DNA from: Naegleria gruberi
Lineage: Eukaryota
Direction: 5' to 3' (one strand)
Length of the DNA stretch: 64,000 bases
NCBI GenBank assembly: GCA_000004985.1
Contig: GG738925.1
Shown: positions 10,261-22,800 of the stretch, one piece after another
Layout: the number at the start of each line of letters is the position of its first letter
Numbering within the stretch: position 1 is the first letter of the stretch
The notes under the pieces: model-generated
The model's database searches: none
What the model saw: the letters and a program-made list of their open reading frames with translations, nothing else
Told to the model about the DNA's origin: nothing
Program-made: the position numbers and the translations under genes

Positions 10261-12043
10261 ATGTCTACTGGTCATAGTCCAACGAATTCATCAGAGATTG
10301 ATTTGGCTGAGGCTGATCTCCATCCGATTGCATGTTTTGCTTGTAGAAAGGGACACAGGTAGGTTAACTTTACACAATAATTGATTTATTATATTCATTC
10401 TCATCATCATCTTCATTATCATCACAAATAATAGAAAATGTGATCGTCACCTTCCAGGATGCAATGAATGTAAATTGAAAGGAAAAGAATGTAAATATCC
10501 AGAACCTATGAAGAGAGGTCCTCCTAAAAACATGCAAGTCTCGTATAATAATCAACAACCAATTAATCAACAAGTACAAGGATCATCACCATCATTGTCA
10601 CCAAAGAATAGACACAGTCCGTATGGTAGTACCTCGCTCAGTCCAGAAAATGTACCAAACCAACAACCAATTAATCATCAAATTGTTGATTTGTACTTTG
10701 ATATTGTTAGTATTGGTTGTCCAGTTCTTCAAAGAACAACAATGTTGGGTATTTGCTCAAAGCAACCACAGGAAAATTCACAAGCAGAGGAAGTGGCAAT
10801 GCTCTATGCAATTCAAGCTAACTGTTATCAAAGACTAGGTAGAAAAGAAGAAGGAAAGGAAGCATTTAGAATGTCCAGAAAGTATCTTTCCGACGTGTTT
10901 GATTTGTTGGATAATTTTCATATTGCTGCTGCATTCCTGCATCTCTCACTTTACTGTTTGGGAGAAGGTGAACACAATCAATCTAAATATTATTTGAATA
11001 GTGTTCAATTTTTCATTAATCAAAATAAGGAACGTTTGAGAGATAATGATTCATTTGTGAATTTGTCTAAGCTTGTACTATATGTTCAATTGTTACTTGA
11101 GGAAGAAGAAGCATTAACAGCCTTGGATATAGAAATTCAAAAGGAATCTCAAGGTCTCCAACAAAATCTAGTAATTACTGAGAGATATACATTGCAAGTG
11201 TATCACTTTAAGAAAATGATTGATCTATTCCTATTTGTAACACAGAATGTATCTGATGGTTTGTGTGGAAAATCGATACCACAAGCTCCACCTGTATCAC
11301 CAAACGATATTGTAAAAACACACTTGGTCATGGCAAACACTCAGGCAATGCAATTCAATAGATATCACCTCGAAAATTCACCTGCAGCTAAGAGCATTAC
11401 CAAGTTGATGCATCTTTTGATTATTGATGGATTAAGATTGGGAATTTTGTCAAGATCTCCAGCTCAATCAGATGAGGCAATCATAGAAACAGCTAACAGA
11501 ATCACAGGATATACCACATTATCATACTTTCCTTATCTCCCTTCACATATTTATAACGTAATTAACAACGCAGCAAGAATACATCTTGCCCTCTACAAAC
11601 AAATTCAAAGAGGAGAAAGACCAGATAATGGTATTGACTATTACGACATTTTAAAGAAGGATCAGAGAGCATTGCTTCTCCTTTCAGAAAGATATTCAAT
11701 GGTAGAAAAGAGAGCTAAACCAATTTTGCAACAATTGAGCGAGGAAATTCTCAAGAGAGAACGACAAGTTGTACACATGCAACACATGTTTTCTGGCAAC
11801 ACAGGGCACGTATCAGCTGCTAATTTGCCAGCATATTTCCCTGAGGATAGAGAAGCTCTTCAAAGAATTGAACAAATTACTTCTCAAAATCCATCACTAA
11901 CACAACTTCCACCATTCCCTGAAACAATGCAAAAAGATGATCCATTCGCTGCTGTAATAGAAGACGGATTTGATTTTGATATTTTCTCTAATGTTCCACA
12001 AACTGAAAACTTTTATACTGACCCTCAGTTGCAACTGTTGTAA
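10261..12043 (+). CDS. Zn(II)2Cys6 (GAL4-type) fungal zinc-cluster transcription factor; 2 exons
   Basis: Exon 1 is 10261 to about 10358 (MSTGHSPTNSSEIDLAEADLHPIACFACRKGHR), ending at a GTAGGT donor. The intron runs to ...aaatAG at about 10434. Exon 2 (about 10435..12043) continues KCDRHLPGCNECKLKGKEC, completing the CX2CX6CX6CX2CX6C signature. The downstream 500 aa resemble a fungal TF middle-homology region. Confidence 0.8.
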
Positions 12044-12135
12044 ATAAATTCGAATAAATTTTAAGACATTAACTTTCAATTCACACCTTACAATGGAAAT
12101 TGTAAACAAAACTGTTATTTAGGAGTTGAACATCT

Positions 12136-12618
12136 ATGGAGTTAAAATTAGATTTGATTTTCAAGATTAAAAAAATGATTACAGGCACCATATTGGCAAG
12201 AAGTGGAAAAACAAGACTCTATTACACACCAAAAACACAATCTCCAAAGAGAGATCTCAACACTTTCACACCTTACAATGGAGGTTGTTCAAAACATAGA
12301 AAGAAATCTTCAACCAATCAAGAATATTCTTCGGGAGGAGAACGGTTCGATTCTAATTTTTCTGAATTGAATGAAAATTCAAAATGTAAAAATCATGATA
12401 TGTGTGCAGAGCCAGTATTGATAAATTCGAGCTCAAAATTTAATACAGTTAAGGGTTTGAATAAATTGGAATGGTGCAGAGCAAAGCATGAGGAGAATTA
12501 TAAGATTCGGGTGGATAAGCGAAATACAAGAAATCATAAAAAGTGGTATCGAAATCATCCAGAAGGAGGTTTTTGTCAGAAGAGAATGATTATGGATCTC
12601 CATAATACAGTGGAATAG
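12136..12618 (+). CDS. small hypothetical basic protein
   Basis: 160-codon ORF from the track with no recognised domain. It lies in an intergenic position between convergent genes. Low support. Confidence 0.15.
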   Translation: MELKLDLIFKIKKMITGTILARSGKTRLYYTPKTQSPKRDLNTFTPYNGGCSKHRKKSSTNQEYSSGGERFDSNFSELNENSKCKNHDMCAEPVLINSSSKFNTVKGLNKLEWCRAKHEENYKIRVDKRNTRNHKKWYRNHPEGGFCQKRMIMDLHNTVE

Positions 12619-12812
12619 GAAGTTCTTCAATTCATCAAAACCCATAGTTGCACAATTCAGATCAACATAGAACTCTTGACAAAAATACCAATCTTAGTAA
12701 CTTTCTGAATACACAAAAGTGAAACGAAGATAACATGTTTAATAATATTTAAAGATTGAAAGAGATCTTGAAAGGCACCACACAACAATTAAAAATAAAT
12801 TAAAAGTTTATG

Positions 12813-15800
12813 GGTTTAAATAGTTGGCAACTTGGTGTTAACACATTGTTGGTACAATTGCTTGGAGTAAGCAATTGGCAAAGTGTAAGTGTAGAGAGTC
12901 CATGACTTTTCCCAAACAGCAACCTTACCCTTCAAAGTAGCTTCAAAGTTGGCACTTTCCAATTTGTAAGACAAAGTGGCACACAAGTTACAAGAAGAGA
13001 AGGAGAGTTCTGGAATACCACGAGTAGTAGCAGAAGCAGAGATGGCAACAGTAGCCTTAGCCAATGGAATACCAACATCAGCAGAACCAGTAATATCAGC
13101 AACCAAAGTTGGTTCGAGAGACAATGAAGCACTGAAAGAATTCAAACAATAAGCATACTTCAAATCCTAAAATAATTAAATTATACATAAATAGTAATCA
13201 CAAAAAGATTAGATAATAAAATCAATTAAAAAACATACCACTCCATAGGAAATTCCGACTCCGAAAGAGAAGGTGATAGGGACTGGACCAACTGTAATTG
13301 TGTAAGATGTCTTGATAAGATTTGGAATGGCCTTAGTCAAAATATTCTTGGTTTCACTGGTACAAGTGGTGACTGATGGCAAGAATTGCTTATCAACAAA
13401 AGTAGTAGTGAACAACTTGACAAAGACTCTATTGTTGATAGAGCTGGCATCTCTATTATTCAATTCGGCATAGGCAGAAGCAACTGGGTAAGTGTTATCG
13501 AAGAGGTTAGCTTCAGCAGCAGCACGACCAAAGAAGACAGCATCAAAAGCAGATGATTTAGAACAATCAAAGCTAGCACCACCATATACAACAAATCCAG
13601 TGTAGATATTGATACCATTAGTACCGAACTTATTTTCATAAGAGTAGAACTTGGACTTGGAGATGGTTGACAAGTCACCTTGCTTTCTGACAAAGTTGAG
13701 CATTTCGTTATTGTAAATACACATCTTTTCAGTCTTTGAGGCGGCAAGACAAGTGCTCTTAGCACCGTTCCAGTTAGCACTTTCAAAGTATGACTTGATC
13801 TTTTCAGCAACTTGTTCAACCTTGCTCTTAGCATTGGATTCTTCTTCGTTCAATTCCAAAGTAACACCTTCATCTTCAATGTCACTTTGAGTGATCATTT
13901 CAGTGGTTTGCTCGTATGATTGTTCCAATTCCTTAGCAGATTCTTCAGTACCAACAGTGTACAAGTATTGCTTGATAGCATTCTTGATCAAGTCACTTGG
14001 ATTCTTCTTCAAGAGGGAGGCGAATTGTTGAACACTAGTACCATTCTTGAGCAAACCTTCTCTGTCAGTTTGAGCAGAGATGAGGGAAGCAATAACTGAT
14101 TCAGAGAGCCTCTTACTCTTGATGAGTGAGTGAATCAATTCATCAACCTTGATGTCACCAACTCTCTTCTTAAGATTTTCAGTGATCATGTTCTTGATAG
14201 ATTCTGGCATCTTTTCAGACAAGAGAACGCTCTTAATGATTGACAATGGAACACCCTTACCAGCATTGTTCAAAGCATGGATAGCAGTGAGGAATGATTC
14301 TTGAGAGGTAGCACCCATCAAAGCACTAATAATTTCACCAACAATTTCCTTAGTGATAGTAGCATCAGTTGATCTATCAGCAAGGTCAGCATAGGCGAGG
14401 AAAGCATTAGTCTTGGAGATGGAATGTTTGGTGGAGTTAGAGTGATGAGTCTTGAGTTGCTTGAGGAAAGTAACAACTTCCTTAGTTGGCTTCTTGATCA
14501 AAATTGAAGCATATGGATAGTTATTAGCAAGAACTGGGTGAATCTTGGAAATCTTGGCAAGCTTGTCTTGAACCTTGGTGTTATTAACAGAGGCAACCAA
14601 ACTTTGAACGCTTTCAATGTATGGAATAATCTTCTTGGTGACTGGTTCAGTTGGAGAAATCTTCTTCAAAGCCAAAACACCCTTCATCAATTCAGTCATC
14701 AAAACCTTTGAGGCCTTGACTGGACTCTTTGAAACATATTGAGCAACCTTGGACAATTTCTTGTTAGTGACTGGTGAGACATCCTTAAAGTCCTTCTTAA
14801 CAGATGATAAGAGCTTCTTAAGATTCTTTGGCTTGAAGGTCTTGCTAATCATCTTCTTGGCATCCTTTCTATCTTGCTTGGTCATACCGAAAGTCTTGAT
14901 AATAATGAATTGTGGCTTAACAGCAACAGATCCCTTAGCAACATTGAAGAATTTGGAGATAATCTTTGGAAGATCGGCCTTCTTCTTCTTAATAACCTTA
15001 TTCAACTTGAGAGAGCTGATGTGGAGAGTTTGAACTTGATCCTTATTCTTGGTAACAAACTTCTTCTTCTTTCCAGTTTCCTTTTCGAATTTCTTGAAAG
15101 ATGGAAGAGCTGGTCTCTTACCCATAGTGATTCTAGTACCCATCAAGGCTCTAGTGATCAAACCCTTCTTGTTAATCTTGACAAGGTGGCTTCCTTCATA
15201 ACCAATAGTTCTCTTCTTTGGAGAAATCTTCTTAAAGTCCTTTTCAGAGAATTTTTGAATAACTTGAGTAACCTTCTTCTTTGGTGATTTAGTCTTATTG
15301 AACTTTTGAGTGTAGGCAGAACCGAAACCATCAGTTTGCTTTCTTTGAACTCTCTTAGTTTCAGTAGTCAAAACTCTAACTAAACCCTTCTTAATACTCT
15401 TCAACCAGAATGGTTCTCTCTTGTGGAAAATCATCTTGGAAACTTGACCAGTCTTGCTACGAACAATAGCCAATGGATACTTATTCATGGCCTTGGTCAA
15501 ATTTCTTCTCTTTTGAAGAGTTCTATATTTCTTATTGAACCAAAAGTTGACATCCTTCTTACCCAAATTACCATACTTCTTCATTCCTTGGAATTGGAGG
15601 TATTGAACAGATGGGAAAGAAACAGCAATAAGATTCTTCTTGGTTGTTGATCCAGCACATGTCAAAGTCATCTTACCCATCAAGGTATTTTCTTGTGAAG
15701 AACCATTCTTGATAGCAGAAACAGATTGAAGATGTGGTTTAGTTCCCAAAAGAGTAGAGGCTTTAAAATTATAAACCATTTCATGATCAGTTGGACACAA

Positions 15801-16053
15801 AACTGACACAATCTTTGACTTGGTCTTGGCATCGGTGGTAATCTTGACTGGATTATGTTTTTGTTGTTGTTGTAGTATCCTCAACAATGGTATTATTATT
15901 ATTATTGGAAGCAATAGATGTAATAGCAGCAACTTCTTCATCGGTTGGAGTTGGGCTAGAATGAACAATTGCGATGGAAAGGGACAAGGCAAGAAGAGCC
16001 ATCATCATCATGACGATGATTCCCTTCTTTTCGAAACTCTTAGAACGCAGCAT
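12813..16053 (-). CDS. large secreted protein (about 1,050 aa): N-terminal signal peptide, long Lys-rich alpha-helical central region, beta-rich C-terminus; multi-exon
   Basis: The start ATG near 16053 gives MLRSKSFEKKGIIVMMMMALLALSLSIAIVHSSPTP, a clear signal peptide. The main 927-aa ORF is 13209..15992. The 3' exon is joined through a GTATGT...TTTTAG intron (about 13167..13238) to ORF 12816..13163 (...SYGV|DLKYAYCLNSF...). The signal-peptide exon is in a different frame from the main ORF near 15850-15900, so a short intron or an indel is needed there. Architecture is loosely reminiscent of large lipid-transfer/vitellogenin-like proteins, which is speculative. Confidence 0.5.
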
Positions 16054-17334
16054 CTTTGTGATGTAATGAGTGTACTCAACCAAAGAGAGAGGGAATTTTT
16101 TTCAAAGATACTTTTTTTAATGAGCGCTGGGTGTTCTGCTTGGCTTGACGGAAGTTCTAGGCAAAAGAAGCAACGATTGGGAAGTAATCAGAGCTAAAAT
16201 AATCGTGACTTTTCATTATTGTAATCAGGTGGAAAAACGAAGTGGCAACCTGGAGTTTGATATTTGTGTTGATATTTTTGAGATTATTAGAAGGGATGTT
16301 GTGGTTGGAGTTGGTTGGGAAAATGAGTAGTGTAACCTTGTAATGATTTTTTGAATTTTGATTTAAGGAATGAATTTGGTTGAGTTTGACATTTGGCAGA
16401 TGTTTGTCATATTGTAATCCTATGACTAAATATTAATATTTTCATTATCAATACTTCATTACCCTCAAAAAAGTCAACACATCATCACCTCTAAACTTTT
16501 TTTCACAATGGCAGCTGCCAAATGCCTCAATCTGCCAATTATTTTTACCAAATTGCCCACGCTCATCTCATAATGGCATTTGGGCGACTCAAAAAACCGC
16601 TCATTAGCAGCAACGTGTCATCAACTCGGACTTGCAGAGAGGACTTGAGATGAAATTGTCTTGTTTCACCTCATAACTCGAACGAACAATTTTTCAAAAA
16701 AAAACAAGTCAAAGTACTCAAAGTTCTTTTCACTTGCCAGGAGAAAAAAAGCAAAACAAACAACACAATACCTTTGTAGATTGCCTCTTTCTCACCAAGT
16801 CTAACGTTACTGTAACCTACAATACCCACAGTGATTCTCTTGTTGAACACAAATTGTAACCAAAACACTAAAAAGAGCACACAACAACAACTTCATCCGA
16901 AGAGAGTAACATACATTGACACCTCATCATTATCGATTGCCACATCAAGCTTTTTTAAACAGCACAGAGCAAACAACGATTCTTTCTTTTTAGCGCGCTT
17001 TTCAATTACAGTTTTATTTTTAAAATCTCTCAAAAGGCAATTCAGGTCTGCTACACACAAATTCCGAGCAACAACAAACGAAGGCTTTGAGAAAAAAAGA
17101 ACCTCCACATCACCACCATCATCACACTGTACTTTTATTATTATTATTTTTAATAATTTATAGAAGCAAAATCAACATAGATAACCAATAGTAGTAGAAG
17201 CACTAGCCTCAGTTGTATTTTGTCAAATAATTATCATCATATAGACGATTGTTATATAATTTAAAAGTCCTAATCGAGTGTAGTTTAATTATTTATTTGA
17301 TCATTACCATTATTTAGTGAGTATTGTAAAGCCA

Positions 17335-18299
17335 ATGAGTCAATCATCATCATCATCAGCCCCTATTGAAGAAATGAATCCAGATTGGAAGAATCATCAA
17401 GTATTTGGAGAATATAATCCAAATTTTCAAGCACCAACAGTTGAAGAGTTGTGTCACGCTCATCCAGAACGTTTACAAAACATTAATGAATTGAAAAAGA
17501 GATGTGAAGTTTGGATTCCATCTCTTGGATTGGAAGAACAAAAATTCATGACAGAAGAGGGATTACTCCTCTACTATAGATATCTTTCAGGTTACGGTTG
17601 GGATAAATTAAAGGTATGTAAAGAGATGTCACATTTTCATTAATCAATTCATAGGAAGCTGAAGAGGGTATTAAAAAGACCTGCGAGTGGCGTGCTAGAG
17701 TTAAACCACAAAACTTGACAATAGATGACCTTGGGGAAGTTGGAAAATCAGGATTTTTATTCCACTATGGGTATGACAAATGGAATAGACCTATTGTTTA
17801 TATTGATATGAAAAAGGATTCTACTCCAATGACCAAGGAAAATCTCGAGTTGAAATATTTGACATTTGTCTACTATACAGAAAATTTGATCAAGAGAATG
17901 CCAAAGAATGTTTATCAAATTAGTTGGATTTTGGATGTTACAGGTGCCAACGTTTCAATCAGTCTCGTGAAGCAAATGAAGGATACATTCTTGGATCTTG
18001 GTATTTATTATTGCGAAAGATTAGCATTGGCATTTGTAGTCAATGTCACAATGTCAATTAATTTGATCTGGAAGTTTGTTTCATCATTTTTGGCCAAGCA
18101 AACTGTAGAAAGATATCACGTTTTCACAAAGGATTGTAAGAAATTACGAGATGCCCTGCATCACTTTTTTGATGAGGGATCTCTATTGAAAGATTTCCAT
18201 GGTACAGCAAATTTTACATATAGCACAGATGTCATGAAATCATTCCATACACTGGTACCAATCCAGCAAGTAGATGTTGTTCGTGACAGTTCAAACTGA
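17335..18299 (+). CDS. Sec14-like / CRAL-TRIO phosphatidylinositol-transfer protein; 2 exons
   Basis: ATG at 17335 (the track start at 17317 is GTG). Exon 1 ends ...GWDKLK followed by GTATGT (17614). Acceptor ...ttcatAG at 17654, and exon 2 starts at 17655 (EAEEGIKKTCEWRARVK...). The CRAL-TRIO core includes WNRPIVYIDMKKD...YQISWILDVTGANVS...YYCERLALAFVVNV...LKDFHGT. Confidence 0.8.
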
Positions 18300-18558
18300 A
18301 ATAGTTTGCAATCTAATAGCATTTAACTTGTAAATAAACCCAATTTTCTACAATTTCAATTCAACGTTGATATTTACTCTCCAACCTTATTTAAAATTTA
18401 AGGAATCCACTCGGAGTTTATAACATGAAATAATGGCTAGGAATAGGAGTGGAGATGACTTGTATTGGTGCGCATGAAAACAGTAACCCTCTAATTTCCA
18501 GTATCTTTTGATCGACAATTGCTTATTATTCCTTAATCATCAAAAAAACAAAGGAAAG

Positions 18559-19703
18559 ATGCAAACATTCCAGCCAACATCTGTAATCTTATTACATTAT
18601 TTATTTACGTTCTGTATTATTGCACTACTTGTCTCGTCATGTGCTGAGGCCTCAGTCAAGATACTCGCCACCACCACAAGAATTAAGCCGGACACAATCC
18701 TGGAGATGGACCTTCCTAATCTTGGCTACGTCGATCGAGTAATTCCAATCAGCATGAAACAAGATGGTTTCTTTATTATTGCAAGTGGACCTACTCAAAT
18801 TCACAGAGTGGATTCATCGTATCATGTTAATTCCTTCAAGTTGGACATTCCAATGAAATGGTTAAGTATGGGCTCTGTTGAGAGATGTGTTGGTGGTTTG
18901 TTAACAGCACAATACAATTTGATGAATCTTGTTTATTCTGGTGGAGAATTGGGCAAGGCCTATATTGTTCAAGTCAACTTGAAGAATTTAACACAAATTG
19001 CTGAGGTTATTTCTCTTGGTGCCAATAGTCATGTGATTGATGTACATGAAGATAGTGAATTGGGCTTGTTGCACATTCTTGTAAAGAGAGCTCAAGCTCT
19101 TGTTCTTTTCATTTTCGATCCAAAGGATAATTACATGAGAGAGCAAGGTTATCCATTGATGACCACAGGAAAATTGGCAGTCATGAAAGATGCAGGTCTT
19201 TTTGTTGGTATTGGAAACTCACCTATTCCCAATTATTACTCCTTGAACCACATTCATTGAAAATCATTGACGGTCAGGAATTGGATTCTCTTGGAATTTT
19301 CAAATTCCAATCCTTGACCATCTCTGGTTCAATGTTGAGTCTTGTCTACTCCAAGTATGCAACACGTAATGTACTGTATCATTATGAAGCCTCCTCAAAA
19401 TCTCTTTATTCCCTTGGTGGATTATTCTATCCAACAATTAAGAGATTTTACGAGTGTGAAATTGTTAACAATCAACAACCAAAGGTGATTTGTATTAATG
19501 ATAATAGGGAATTGGTTAGAGTTCCAATATTTAAAGAAGATATGACTGTTTATTATCCATTCGAATCTGCTGAGAATGATTTGGCTAATGCTTTCATGCA
19601 GGCCGATGATGAAGGTCAAATGTTGCTTTATGTTCCACAAACTTATACAACTGATGACGATTCTTTTAGAATTGGTGTTTATAACTATGCAAAATTTGAA
19701 TAA
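18559..19703 (+). CDS. hypothetical secreted protein (signal peptide), frame discontinuity near 19255
   Basis: ATG at 18559 (MQTFQPTSVILLHYLFTFCIIALLVSSCAEA), a signal peptide. Track ORFs 18508..19260 and 19257..19703 abut in different frames, so there is either an unresolved short intron or a frameshift. No domain recognised. Confidence 0.4.
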
Positions 19704-19854
19704 ACAATCAATTACATTAATGCCAACAAATTGTAATACTCGTGTTGTGTATGTCTACTTACTCGGTTCCAACTCACAGTAACGCTCGAAACACAAAATT
19801 ACGAAAAAATAAATGAAAAAAAATGCCATGATGTGATGGCTAGCAAAATCTAGT

Positions 19855-22800
19855 TTACTTTGTTAGGCTTCCACTAGTGAAGGAAACTGTTTGCTGTTGA
19901 ATAATAACTTGTTCGGAAACGGATTTTCTTCTTTGGTTGGTTATTTTGTGTTGTTTGCATAATTTCTCACCCACATTCTTACAACATTTGGAACACATCT
20001 TGTTGGAACAATTAATAGAAACTTTGATCAAAGTGCAGCCATCATTTACGCACTGTACTTTCTTCTCGGAATTAACAATGGAATTAACAGTGGTGGGATT
20101 GAACTCTGTGTTGTTGCTAAGCTGCATAGTATTTCCAGAATCTTGACTAGCATTTGCTTGTGAATTATTAATTATTGGTACATTACTTTTGTTCTTCTTC
20201 TTATTCTTTTCTAACTTCTCGGCTATTTTAGTATGAAACACACAACCAGAATCCTCACAACAAGCAAAACAAGAACCTGATAAACAATCAATTGAAATAA
20301 CCTCAGTCTTTTTGCAAAAAGGACATTTGCTTTTTCCTCGCAATGCAGTAACAGTAATAACACATTTCTCCAATAGTCTTTCAAATTCCACTGATAATTC
20401 AGAATTATCTCCATGCATTATATGACCTTTACAATCATATTTCAAAAAATTTGGATAATTAGGAGCCAATATTTTGGATTCAAATAAGGATAACCATTTG
20501 GAATATTTTGGATGCTCCATAATTGCCTTTGGAATTACACTTGGAACAATTGGAATATCTTTCAATGCTTTTTCTACATTGGATTTTACACAAGATCTGT
20601 TGCTATAATTTTGTTTAACTACTTCACTCAAAACAGATCTCCGAATGATTTCAACTATTGCTGATTCAGTTTTGTGATTAGTATTATTTTTAGCAATTCT
20701 TTTTTCCTTTGAGAATGCTTGTTCACTCTTTTCTGCAGAAAGGTGATACACATTAACCTTCCAAACCAATAATGAAATATGGACCCACAAATCATGAAAA
20801 TGCAGCCCAACAACATTATTTCCCCATCTCATTACTGCCAATGTACCAAACACGAATACTTTAACACAGAATTGCTGATTTTCAATATTGGAATGTTCAT
20901 TTTTGGAATATAGGAATCTTAATATATCTCGCCAATATAACATGAGTAGTTCGGCGTTTTCTCTCTCTTGATTAACGAATGGAAGAACACATACATCATA
21001 TTTGCAAAATACTAATCTCCAATCTCCATTTGACATGGTGCTAGATTTTGCATTCAATCTGATATTTTCATCAAGAGCAGCATAACATTTCTCCTCTTGA
21101 AAGTCTTTCTCTTTTTGGAATAGACTAAACATTCCTGCTCCTATTCCTTTAGTTACATGCAGTATTTCAGAGCCATTTTCGTATTCATCAAGCCCTCTTT
21201 CTTTTAATGATGTGGATTTACCATCATTCACTAAATGAGGAAGACCTACTTGACCATCTGGGAATTTTTTGGTAGCATAGAGATTTTGTAATGATTTCCC
21301 ATTGTTTAAACAAGAAAGGCATTGCTCATAATCCCATTGATTTCCTGTAAATGGTAATGGGCATTTTGAACAACGATAATCACCTCCAACCTTATGATTC
21401 CATCTTTTAGAAGCATTACTATAATCAGCGCTCATGAATTTCAATTTAAAGGTTGCTGTCTTCTCATGTAAAGGCATTTTAAAATCCACTAATTGAGTGT
21501 ATTGATCCCTTAATAACTGTGAGATTGTTTTGACATTATATTTTGTTTCAGAGCACCATACATAGGTAAGTGGTAGTGGTTTAGTAACATAATCATATCC
21601 CTCTTTGTTAAATAGTTTTTCATCCCATAATAATTGAATGCTAACTTTTGTTAAGGATTGATTTAGCATAGCAGTACCATCCATCCAATCTATCAACTTG
21701 TATCCAATAACCAAATCTGCCACTTGTTTGATGAACCCATTTTGATCACATTTTAACAAATGGTGGATAAGTACTGGAATAATATTTCGCATTACTCCAT
21801 TTACCATTATTTCTTTTCCATTTAGATTAATTGGAACTTTAATTGGATTACCAATATATACTGCAAGTGGATTCTTCTTAAAAGCCTCACACCATTCATC
21901 AACAGAATACAAAACGGATTCATCAATATCTGTTTCAATTTCTTGTCCAATGCACCAAGCTTGCAAATCTTCCTTCATCTCCTTTTCATCAAAGAAAGGC
22001 ATATATATGTCATCATCAAGTTTAACATTTCTTCTTTGAAAACATCTAATCGGTGGTTTTTCACCAATTTGAAGGAAATAACCAAATCTACATATTTCAT
22101 CTCCGAATTTTTGAGTTATTTTCAAAGTCCGAGCAACCTCTTGCCATTTTCCTTCTTTTTCAACAAGTAATGAGCCACCAACTTTATCTACCATATCACA
22201 TATTTGTTGTAAATCCATCTCATTATTTAAATAATGATCAATATACAAATATTTCAAAATTGTAGGTATATCTGTATTGAGTGAGTGTTTTTGCTGATTC
22301 TCAAATGATTTTAAAATTTTGTCATACATTTCTGGATTGATCTTATTAAGAATATCATTGCTTTTTGCTTTAAGTTCAGCTAGAATATTTGTTGCAAGTA
22401 TTTTCATAGATACAGAGCTATTATTAATCATATCACATACATACTTCTCAAATATTGGATCGTGGAAACAAGCTCTAATTCGAGATAATGGATTTTTGAG
22501 ATATGTATTGGAAATTCTCTCCTTATTAGTTTGTTTGGAATTAATTATATTCATTAATTTAGCTGTAGACAGAGGAGTGTTTGTTCCGAAAGTTTGAAGA
22601 GGAGCCATTAATTGTTTCCTCTTTCTAATAGTTGCATTTACCTGCTTAATAATCCTTTTCTTTTGAATTTTTGAATTAGATTTGAACCATTTTGCATCCT
22701 TTACAGTGTCTTGCAGATCTTTCTTTTTAGCCATTAATTCCATAGTATCACTAGGAGAAGCATTTACTATTAATGAATTTAATGGAATACATTTTGCTCC

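Noticed and set aside
13460-15650. Plus-strand and same-strand shadow ORFs (13460..13834, 14749..15033, 14874..15287, 15423..15650) within the 927-aa minus-strand gene
   Set aside because: They are nested in a much longer ORF that has a signal peptide and a coherent architecture. Their Leu/Ser-rich composition arises from reading the Lys/Glu-rich strand in reverse.
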